Origin: Vicugna vicugna
Taxonomy: Eukaryota
Length of the DNA: 64,000 nucleotides
NCBI GenBank assembly: GCA_013265495.1
Contig: MU058241.1
Location: forward strand, 124,001-188,000
Direction: 5' to 3'
Shown here: piece by piece, positions 54,011 to 64,000 of the stretch
Layout: each line of letters begins with the position of its first letter
Numbering within the stretch: position 1 is the stretch's first letter
The notes under the pieces: generated by a model
Databases searched by the model: none
Told to the model about the DNA's origin: nothing
What the model saw: the letters and a program-made list of their open reading frames with translations, nothing else
Made by a program: the position numbers and the translations under genes

Positions 54011-54170
54011 CTTTTTTTTTAGGGTGGAGGTAATTAGGTTCCTTTATGTATTTTTAAATTAATATTTATATTTATTTTATTTTATTTTTTAGTGGAGGTT
54101 CTGGGGATTGAACCTCGGACCTTATGTGTATGCTAAGTACTCACTCTACTGCTGAGCTGTACCTTCCCGC
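54011..54170 (-). mobile_element. tRNA-derived SINE (camelid Vic-1-like) with TSD TCTTTACTGTAAC (53998-54010 and 54171-54183)
   Basis: ggaggttctggggattgaacc...ctctactgctgagct gives tRNA-like A and B boxes on the - strand. Exact 13-bp TSD. Confidence 0.9.
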
Positions 54171-54505
54171 TCTTTACTGTAACTTTAGTTAAAGCAACAG
54201 TCTTGAAAAATAGCAGTCATTAGGAAGAAACCGTTTATGGAATCAGATGCAGATAACTTATTTTTAGAACAAACACCTTCACTTTCAAAAGGAAAAATAA
54301 GTGATTGTATGTATTTGAGGTGTGAGGTAAAATTAACATGAGGAGGAGAGGAACAATGCAGATTGTGTGGGTGGGAATTTATTTTCCTTTTGGGTTCCAA
54401 GAGTCAGTGCTTTCAAACTAAAAATTGGCCGTCTTTAAGAGAAGATGGGTTTTATGCCAGCTTTGTTTTATTATTATTCTTTATGCTATTATTTTTGGCT
54501 TGCAG

Positions 54506-54554
54506 ACAGCAGCTTTCTGCAACAAGAATTCACAAATGGTTCTTCATATTTGAC
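54506..54554 (+). CDS. Putative 49-nt phase 2-0 exon QQLSATRIHKWFFIFD
   Basis: Acceptor tatttttggcttgcAG and donor GAC|GTAAAT. Open in the expected phase. Confidence 0.35.
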
Positions 54555-55704
54555 GTAAATATAAAGTCTGTCAATTCCTAAGCCTGCATATTTTGCAAAA
54601 ATATCATGCACCAGCATCTTCATTCTAGTTTGGAACGGATTCAAGAAAATGTCCTTGGCTCCAAAATAGCTTTAAATAAGGTTTGGGCTCTCTGGGAGGC
54701 TGGGCTTGGCTCCAGCCTCATTTCCCTTTGCCACTTCCAGTAAGGATGGAGATCTGTGGGCATCGCTGCCCAAAGAGGCCTGTGCTTAAAAATAAACAGA
54801 GAAAGCGACATTTTTCCATGCTGCCTGGTCCTGAACCTTTTGCACAAACAGAGATGTGTCGCCTGAAAGTAACATAAGACATTCAGATGTGAAAGGCTAG
54901 AAAAACAGCACAAGGGAAAAATATGTCTCACCTAGAGAATCTCACTCACCTTGCCAAGGTTTACAGCCCTGTGCACGCCTGTTTCAGGCTGTCTTGGGTT
55001 TCAGCAACCTGTGGACTCTAGAGATAAAACAGAAGGCTGGCTTCCTATGGGTTTCTACAAGTTCCTCTGTAATCCTGAAGGATTTTATCTGAGTCTTCCA
55101 GTGATGATATGCATGCATACCCTCAGTAGTCACATATATGGCGGCCCATGGCCTACTAGACTGGAAGAATGGGGCCGCTGACTACCTCTCACCTACTGTT
55201 TTCTGCTCCTCTCATGGAGTGCAAGGGCATACCTTCTCTCTGTTCCTCAGGCTTGCCACACGCACTCCAGTCCTCAGGCATTTGCATGTGGAGCCCTTAC
55301 CCCCAGGTATGCACATGGCTCTTTATTCACGCGAGGGGCCTTTTCTGACCATGCATGCACAGGTAGCCCCCTCTCTGAAATCTCTTGCCCCTTATTATGC
55401 CTTATTTTTCTTCATAAACCCTCATCTCGACTTGCCATAATGTATTCTTTAATTTATTTCTGTCTTCTCCACTAGAAGGTAATCTTGATGGAGCAGGAAA
55501 TTTGTTTTATTCTTTGTGCTTTTGACTCAGTGTCAGGAGCCTGGTACTCACTGAGTGTCTAAATGACACTGTGTTATGTAAATAAATAAATTAATGTTCC
55601 TCATACAGTAATTTTGATTTGGGTGATGTAGCGTACTTATCACTGAATAATTTTTATCTGACTCTTTCTGTGATGATATGCATGCATAAATCCAGTGATG
55701 ATCA

Positions 55705-55924
55705 CTCTATCTCTATTTATCTATCCATCCATCCATTATTTACCTACTTACCAGGCATCTATCTGTCCATCTATCAGTTGTCTGTTTATCCATCAACTCA
55801 TCTATCCATCTTTCATCTACGTATTTGCCTGTCTGCCTATTCATCTATCCATCTATCCACCCATCTGTCCATCTGTCTCTTATCCCTATCCATCCATCCA
55901 TCCATCCATCCACCCATCTATCTC

Positions 55925-55966
<42 letters not shown>
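55705..55966. repeat. (TCCA)n/(TCTA)n compound microsatellite
   Basis: Read directly; perfect (TATC)n at about 55928-55963. Confidence 0.95.
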
Positions 55967-56769
55967 AATTAGATTCCAGGTAGGAATCACTAACCTCAGG
56001 AGGGTGACCCTGGCTTCCATGCATAATATTAGATAAGAGTTTAGACTTGAGGTAGCTTCTCGTGGGAAATGGATTTGTTGTCATCATTATCAGTTACCAT
56101 GATGAATTAGTAATGAGGAGACAGTGATTAAATATCACGTAGAATTCAATTTTACATTAGCAATTACTTTAACTCTATGAGTGTGAATATATTTTTTGGA
56201 AACTCCCAGTGTAAAAAAAGAAAAACATGTAGTTCCTACGTTATTTTTTTGTTCAGTGGCTTATTCATGATACTGAAAGTTAGCTTTTATTCTAGGTTAA
56301 GGGGCAGTTCTTTTACCTCCCACTTTCCTTTCTCTAGCCCTCCTTGCCTCCTCCTTCTAGCTCCTTTTATCTTTTCTTTCCCACTCACTGCATCTCTGAC
56401 TTCTTCCTTTGATTCTTCACTGGGTGAGAAAGTACTTAATAAAAATAACTGAAACAAGTGACTTTGCTCACATCCTGACATTCCCTCATCCCTAGTAGTA
56501 GTAGTAGTAGTAGTAGTAGAAGTAATAATAATAATAATTTCATATACTGGGTCATAAGCCCTTTATGTATGCTGCCTCAGTTGAGTCATCTGTAAAATGG
56601 GGATTGTGGTGAGTAGCTCACAGCTGGAGGACTAAATCAGGGGCAGTGAGTGTAAGTGACTACCGTGAAGTCACATGGCTAGATAAATATCACATCCAGG
56701 GGGCACGTCTTACTGATATTCCACTGCTCCAAAAAGTGTTGGCCATGTACATAAAATAAAAATTATTGT

Positions 56770-58234
56770 TAGTTTCTTGTTTTGAAATAATTTGAGACTT
56801 ACAAAAATGCTGCAAAACTGGTACAAACTCTTCCTATACATATTCCTTCCTCCAGCTTTTAAAAATTTTAAAGTCTTATGTAGCCATCATACGATGATCA
56901 GAATGAAGAAATTAACATTAATATAGCACTATTAACTAGCCTTCAAGGTTTTATTCAGATTTCAGCAGTTCCCCACTAATGTCCATTTTCTGCTCTGGGA
57001 TCCCACATTTTATATAGTTGTGGGTATATCCTTAGCTTCCTTTGATCTGGGGCAGTTTCTGAATCTTTCTTTGCCTTTCATGATTTTGGCACTTTATGAA
57101 GAGTACTGGCCACTTGTTAAGTGAATGTTTGAATTTTCCTGGTGTTTCTTCATGATTAAATTTAGTTTATGCATTTTGGGCAAGAATACTACAGAATTGA
57201 TAATGTGTTCTTCTCAGTACATCGTATCAGGGGCCACTTGATGTCAATATATTTCATTACTGGTGAGAGTAACCTTGATCATTTGGTTACAATTGTGTCT
57301 ACCATGATTCTCCACTGTTAAGTTAGTCTTTTCCTTTGAATTCTTGTAAGGAGATACTTTGTTTATTTATTTATTTTTTTTAATGGAGGTGCTGGGGATT
57401 GAACCCAGGACCTAATGCGTGCTAAACATATGCTCTACCACTGAGCTATACCTCCAGCTTAGGAGATACTTTGACAGCATGCAAATATCTTGTTTCTTAT
57501 CACACCTTTTTTAACCCACTGATTTTTAGCATTTATGAATGATTCCTTCTGGAGCACTTATTACTTTGGTATATGCAAATGGTGATTTTTCTATTTCCTT
57601 CATTCCTCTACATTTATTAATTGAAACTTGGATAAGGAAGAGCTAGCTATACCTTCTCCCCCTTTGATTTGTTAGTAATGAATTCATGGATATTCATTTT
57701 ATTCTATGGGTTATAGTTCATTACTGTCCATGTTTTGGGTTTTTGCTGTTGTTGTTCAAATTGTCCCAGATTTGGTCAGTGGGAGATCCCTTACCTGGGT
57801 TCCTATGTCTTTTTGACATGCCCTCATCACTTTCTGAGCACTGCATTAATTTTTGTCACCACACAATATGCCTAGAACATCTTATGTTTTCACTGCCTCA
57901 GTCATGGAGTAAGCCATGTCTCCAGGGAGCCCTGGTTCCTTTTATTGGAGAATGAATTGAGAAACCAAGATCAGGGTGCTGGGTACTCATTGCTACTGGG
58001 GTGTCATAGCTTCATAGCTATTTCCTAGTACATATATGAATCATACATATATACACACACACTCATCCATATCAAGATCTGTTTATAAACTAAAGACTGT
58101 GAGTTTATACTGACGTATCTGATTCAAATCCGATACCACAGCGTTCATTCTTGTCTTTCCCCGTCACTCCTTTCTCCAACAATGAAAACCTACCTCTCAT
58201 TATCCACAATATATTTATGAATTTGATCAGTCCC

Positions 58235-58265
<31 letters not shown>

Positions 58266-59175
58266 ATTTGAATATACATATGTTCAAAATTACTACCTCA
58301 TACCTGTTGCATAGTAGAAAATGTCGTAACTAGAATACAACATATGGGCACCTTTCTTTTTGTCTTCCAACCCTTATATAGTTACAGTACTGTTTTCCAA
58401 AGATACTCAGTTCAGTTCTTTTCTTCTTTCAGTATGGCTTTGTTATTCATTTGTGATGGAGTTAAGCTCAGGTGTGACTGACTGCTTGAATTCCATTCTG
58501 GGTCCCCCCCGCCCCCACTGGCCTGGTTGATTATAGTTATTTATAAATTTTTTTGAGTAAGTGAAAGTTCTAAATGTTAGAACTATACAAAAAGATATAC
58601 AGGTAGAGATGTCGCTCCCCATGCCTTCTATCCCATTTCTACTCACTCATCCTCCCCTAAAGCTCACCCATTCCTGGTAGGTAGTTTCTGATTTATCTAA
58701 CCTGTGTTTCTTTTATGTACAAGAACGAATATGTCAGTATCTTCTTACATCCTTGTCTTTCCTACATGAAGGTAACATCCTGTAGGTATTAATTTGCATT
58801 TTCACTGAACAGTTAGTTTATCCTGGAAATGTCAGTTCATAGCGATCGTCTCCATTCCACATTCTTTACTTTTCCCACTCAGGTGTAACTTAACATACAG
58901 TGAAGTGTACAGATCGTAGATGTGTAGACTGATGGTTTTCCTCTCTGTCTACACCTGGGTAAACATTCCCCAGATGACAACATGGAACATTTCCAGCACC
59001 CTGGAAATTCCCTCATACCCTTTCCCAGCCATCTCTTTGAAACCGAGGAACTGTTGCTCTGACTTCTGTTAGCGTTGGTTAGTGTTGCTTGTTCTTGAAC
59101 CAGAGAAACAAAATCATACAGCACATGCTCTCTTTCTTTTGGTTTTGTTTGTTCAACATTATGTTTAATCCACAT
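56770..59175 (-). mobile_element. Old L1MC/MD-like 3' region fragments
   Basis: ttttgaaataatttgagacttacaaaaa...ttttgggcaagaatactacaga...ccagggagccctggttccttttattggagaatg. Confidence 0.8.
57362..57460 (-). mobile_element. tRNA-derived SINE (Vic-1-like) with TSD AGGAGATACTTTG (57349-57361 and 57461-57473), nested in the old L1
   Basis: ggggattgaacccaggacct...gctctaccactgagctatacc. Exact 13-bp TSD. Confidence 0.92.
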
Positions 59176-59510
59176 TCATAAGCCCTGATACTGGGCCAGT
59201 GAGGTAAACCTCGGATGTGCAAGCTTCATCATCTGTTATCCTGCAGCATGAATGATGTAGGAGGCCGGCTTGCAGGCATTACAGTATTCTGTGCCTGGCT
59301 TTGTAAGAGGTTACATCCTGTTAAAAAAAAAAAAAAAGATATTCTATAAGAGGTTTTAAAAGTTGGATCTGACTCCGGCAGTTTCAGGGTCTTTACATTG
59401 AAACCAACTTGAAAGAAAATTCTGCCAAACAACTTGAAAACAAGTTACTGGCGATTGGTTTAAAATAAGTATCTGTACACTTGATCTCTGTGTCTCTACA
59501 TAACTTGGAG

Positions 59511-59600
59511 TGGAGTCTATATAATTCTACTGAAACATGTGTTCCTCGAGGCAGAGATGGTGGTCACCATTTAGTCGCCCAGTACATATTTGGAGAGCGA
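59511..59600 (+). CDS. Weak candidate 90-nt phase 0-0 exon WSLYNSTETCVPRGRDGGHHLVAQYIFGER
   Basis: Open in phase 0. The pyrimidine tract ends in CAT at 59499-59501 (possibly a mutated CAG), and the next AG at 59509-59510 keeps frame. Donor CGA|GTGAAT is moderate. Confidence 0.25.
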
Positions 59601-59961
59601 GTGAATAATTCCAAAACAACTTTGAATTGACTAACAACTCAGGGGGCTTCAGAGTGCAACACAGGTGATGGTTGGGGCTGAGAACAGACAGGCAAAGGCT
59701 TATTTGGTTTCTCCAGAAGGGCTGAAGCTGTTCAATCATCCTTCTGCTCTAACTGGGCTTGTCGAGAAGTGTTGCTTTTCCCTGAGGAGCAGAGGGAAGA
59801 CCTGGTAGATCTAGATTAAATGTCATCCGAGCAGCAGATCGGGGGCACATTTGGGAGGGAGCTCAGTGTCATTTCTTCCTTGGTTGGCATCTCCACGTGA
59901 TCGGCAGCTCCGCATACAGGAAGAGAAAACCCTGCGTTCTTAGCCTAAGCTGTTTTGGCAG

Positions 59962-60042
59962 GTCCGAGGATGGCAGTATGATGAGACGAAGACATTTCCA
60001 TGGTGTTTTGTCCAGATGACTCTAGTGAACACTTGCTCTTAA
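59962..60042 (+). CDS. Weak candidate exon VRGWQYDETKTFPWCFVQMTLVNTCS*
   Basis: Branch-like CTAA at 59945 and acceptor tgttttggcAG. Phase-0 frame runs to TAA at 60040-60042. Confidence 0.25.
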   Translation, partial: VRGWQYDETKTFPWCFVQMTLVNTCS

Positions 60043-60789
60043 CTCAGAATAGTGTGAATATTCGTACATAATCGTAGATTTAAATTTTTGATTCTACGCC
60101 CCACTGAACAGAAACAAGCCAAAAGCCAAGACTCTGCTTTCTATTTTAAACTCCTTGCTCTGTTAACTGGCATTACCTTCTGAAAGAAATTCCATAGCTC
60201 AGCGGTGATAATCTCCTACAGGCAATTTAAACTAATTAGGGGAGAAATGTCCTAATTTACAAGGGAAAAGACAGTTGTCTTGAGAATAATTAATTTGTGC
60301 CATGAAAAAATGCATATATTAGAATGGTTACCTTCAAGAATTAATTACCTTGTCTTTGACTGTTTGTCTTTTCTGGAATACTGCTTACTTCCAAATGTAA
60401 TTAAAATACTTAACAGGTAACAAATCAAAAATCATCGCTCTGCTGTTTCAAAGCCAGCGTGCAAGAAAGGAAATACTGGTTTGTAAACATACTGTGCATC
60501 TCATTTTAGTTTCTGTGGGCAAGGACACTGGGTATATATTCTGAGGTAATATCTTTTCATGCTAAATTTTCTAGTGAATTTGAGATTGAACTCCCTTGTA
60601 CTATTGCTGTGGGTGGATAAAGAAACAGTAAGTGATTTTTTTCTCCTCATGTGGCTGCTATGGTCTCATGTTCTGTGGGTGCTGAGGGAGCTTTGGATGC
60701 AGTTTATATCTCTTTTGGTGGCCCCACAATTGCCTCCAAGCCCTTGTGTTTTGGAGATGCAATAGAATGTTACAGAATATCATAGACAG

Positions 60790-61300
60790 CTGCTCTGTGA
60801 GTTGGCAGGGTGGAGACCATGATTCCAGCTGGCTTTCTGGTCCTGTATGCTCTTCTAGACACTTGCTGTTCCTCATCAGGAGGTAGAGTCTGGTCTCTCC
60901 CCTTGAACCTGAGGAGGGCTTTATGACCACCTGGAAAAATAAAATGTGGTGGAAGTAACGCTGTGTGACTTCCTAGGCCAGGTCATGCTTTCTCCTGGCC
61001 TTGAATATTCACTCTTGGAATCAGGCACCAGTGGTAAGGAAGCCCATGCCACTTGAAGAGTGTGGTGAGTCCATGTGCCAGTTGCTCAACCAGCAGCTCT
61101 TGCTGAGATCTTAGTCAACAGCCAGCAGCAACCTCCAGACGTATGAGTGAGGGACTCCAGCTAATTCTAGCCCCCCGCCTTTAGATGCTGCCCCAGTGAA
61201 GACCGAGAGGAGCAGGGGTGAGTTGCCTCCACCAACCCCAGTCCAAATCGCAGACTGTGAACAAATCTGGGACAATTAGTTGTGCTACAGTACTAACTAG
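60790..61300 (+). mobile_element. MLT1-family solo LTR
   Basis: gaagtaacgctgtgtgacttcctaggccaggtcat...agtcaacagccagcagcaacctccagacgtatgagtgagg. Confidence 0.75.
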
Positions 61301-63090
61301 AACACAAGATAAAGACGATGAAAAGAGTACGTTTTGAGGAAAGTTCATCTGTAGCATTCAGTTAATGTTTGTGGAAGAAGAATTTTTTATGGAATAAGGG
61401 TCAGTTAGATATAGCAGAATAAGTTTAAAAGCCCCTCTTCCCCCCAGTGCGTGCATGTGTGCGTACATACTCACCCTAATCTATGTCCACCTTACCATCC
61501 AGGTCCTGTTACAATGCAGTGCTGTCTAACCTTCTTAGATTATTCGAGCTCTGCTCTAGAACAACTGGAACATGGGGAAATCTTTACTTCTCACAAACAT
61601 TTTCCCTCAGGGCATGAAGAATATCAGTTATTTTCCCCTTTTGCCTTTTCAAGTTCTGCTGATGCCAGTCTTCAGAGACTGACAGGCCTGCTCACTGCTT
61701 ACCCTTCTTCTGGGGACTATAAAATGCTGTCTGTGTGATTCTGATTCTCATGAATCTGAAGAATGAGGAGAAGAGCCTTAAATGTAAATGTGTTTAGTTA
61801 TAGCTCCATTTCCTTCACCACGAGAGAAGGCACTATAGCAACTCCCTGACTTCAAAAATAAAACGCATGTCCACCCTTTGCACCCTCACATTCTTTAAAA
61901 ATCTGTAAAACAAAGAAAACAACAACTTGCCACCCACCTACCTCACAGCTGTGTGGGGTGGAATTATGAGTTTGTACTTGTTAAGTGCTTTGCGACACGG
62001 AGGGGCAAGGCTGCATAGAGTATTGCTAACAACATCAGATAATTTGGAGATGCCATCAGAATTTACCACTGAAATTGCTGCGTCAATCTCAGCATCAATT
62101 CAAGAAGGTTCACCTGATGAAAAAGCACTCCTCTCCTGCTAAAAATTGCCTTTGGAATTGTGTTTAAGCAGTTGGCAGTGCAGTTTTCCTGCTTGACAGC
62201 TTCCGTCGTTGGCACTGATGGAAACTCATTTATACTCTTGTCAGTGGCTCTCCACACTAACGGCAATGCGTGTTACTCTGGGAATTGCCCTGCGGCTTTC
62301 AGCGGGAAGTGTGCTCTGCCAGTTTGAATACAAAACCTTCCATTTCTTTGTCAGATTTAGCCAAGGCACTTTGCGTGGCATTGAGAATGACTTGTTTTTC
62401 CAGGTGTTGATTGTTCTTTGGAGTTGACAACATGATTTCTTTTTATTTCTCGAGCCCACACCGCATACAGGAATTCTGTAGATAGTGGGGCGGTGGTCAT
62501 CTTGTATATAAAACCAATTTCTGAAAAGGGAGCCAGAAGCTCCACGGGGTATGAAGAAGCCATTCTGGTCATGAGGCACATTTTAGAAACCAGCCACATT
62601 TACTAAGAATCTCCAGTACAGGAGATGACATCTTCCCCCTGGGCATACCACAGCAAACCTTCTTGGGTGGGTGCCAATACAACATCCACACAGAAAACGA
62701 AAAAGTCAGTTGGTCCCTGGAACATCTGGATGCACACAGGAAGATGATAGGCTGAGCTGTCCCCGTCTCACAGGAGCCTTGGCCCCTGTGACTGTCGTCA
62801 GCCCATTGACTGGACTAAACCATGAAGGGGAGTGAGTGAATGCGGCTACCAGGTTCTTCCTCTTTAACACCCCTGCCTCTTTATCTTCTCTTCTGTTTGT
62901 AGTGATTTCTGAGAGCAAGTGACCAATACGCTTTTGCAAGTTTTGAAGACTCAAAAAACTGTCTTCTGGGGTCAGGCAGTTGTGTTAATAGTAGCTCCAG
63001 GTGTAAAAACATAGGTAATGCTGACGTGTAAGGATGTGAACTGTCCACATTTGTTCTTATTTTTAAAAGCACTGCATTGGCCAAAGCAAG

Positions 63091-63228
63091 TAGGACCAGC
63101 TGCATAATTTGCGGGGTCCAGGGAAAAATGAAAATGTGGAGCCTTGTTTTCAAAAACTATTAAGCACTTAGAGATGGCAACAGCAGGGCCTCACACCAAG
63201 GGTGGAATGCCTCTGTGCGCAGTTTGAC
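63091..63228 (-). mobile_element. MER45A-like hAT-Tip100 fragment
   Basis: aggaccagctgcataatttgcggggtccagggaaaaatgaaaatgtgg resembles the recalled MER45A end. Confidence 0.75.
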
Positions 63229-63234
63229 CTCTTC

Positions 63235-63905
63235 TAAAACATCACATACAGGGAAGGATGTATGGGGAGGCTTTCGTGTCTGGCTTCTTTCACTTAGCAT
63301 CGTGCTTTGAAGTCCATGCATATTGTTCCGTGTGCCCCTAGTTCTTTCCTTTTTCTCCTTGAAGATGGTTCAGTTTCATGGACATGTCACCATTTGCTTA
63401 CCTACCTGTTCAATGATGTTTGGCTCGTTTCCAGTTTTTGTTGGTTGTGAATAAAGCCACTATTACCATTCCCGTTCAGGTCTTTGTGTGGACATACGTT
63501 TTTCACTTCACATTAGTAGATGCCTTAGAGTGGAATGGCTGGGTCATGTGGTGAGTGCGCATATAACTTTGTAAGAACCGTCTTGTATTCCTGTCCATAG
63601 TGGGTGGGAGTCCCACTTGCTCTGCATTTTCTTCAGTACTTGTTATTGTCATCTTTTTAACTTGAGCAATGCCGGTAGGTGCGTAGGAACTTTTAATTTG
63701 GATTTCCCTGACTAATGATTCTGAGCGTCTTTTCATATGCATATTGGCTAAATATGTCCTCTTTTGAGGTGTCCATTCCAAACATTAAACAAACTCAGTT
63801 GTCCCCTCATTACTGATTATAAGCCTTACCCATATATTCTGGATGTGAGCCCTCTGTCAGATGTGCTTTGCAAAAATTTCCCAGTCTGTGGATTTCTTTT
63901 GCATT
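63235..63905 (-). mobile_element. Old L1M fragment, followed by the tail of another Vic-1-like SINE (about 63915-64000, truncated by the window end)
   Basis: tggcttctttcacttagcat...atttccctgactaatgat...; gggggaattaattaggtt...ttaatggaggtagtgg. Confidence 0.8.
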
Positions 63906-64000
63906 TTCTCTTCTTCTTTGTTTTTTGAGGGGGGAATTAATTAGGTTAATTAATTAATTAACTTAATACTTACTTATTTATTTTTTAATGGAGGTAGTGG

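Noticed and set aside
54090..54170. tRNA gene
   Set aside because: A tRNA-derived SINE head with an AT-rich tail and TSDs, not a cloverleaf gene. The same applies at 57385-57460.
50367..62548. Assigning a known gene symbol (considered VWDE-like, EGFL6, RSPO2, COL28, AGBL5)
   Set aside because: Only resemblances of a few residues from memory; no consistent alignment could be supported without a search.

Overview
Mammalian genomic DNA, probably camelid: the tRNA-derived SINEs resemble the camelid Vic-1 type, and I see no Alu, Bov-A/tA or PRE1 elements. The window is dominated by ancient and lineage-specific interspersed repeats (L1, HAL1, L2, MIR, MLT1 LTRs, MER5/20/33/45/58 DNA transposons) and microsatellites. 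A CpG island at about 16.45-17.4 kb carries first-exon splice donors on both strands. I could not recognise any known protein-coding gene. Reading splice sites by eye gives two exon chains that the ORF track misses. The first, on the + strand (50.4-60.0 kb), is phase-compatible and stop-free, encodes a signal-peptide-like N-terminus, and starts at GTG in a strong Kozak context with no in-frame ATG. It is either a non-AUG-initiated secreted protein or a recently start-lost pseudogene. The second, on the - strand (0.46-7.3 kb), is a set of symmetric phase-1 exons with nonsense codons, consistent with a decayed gene. Almost all other listed ORFs are chance or repeat-derived. Repeat subfamily names come from recalled consensus sequences, and repeat boundaries are approximate.
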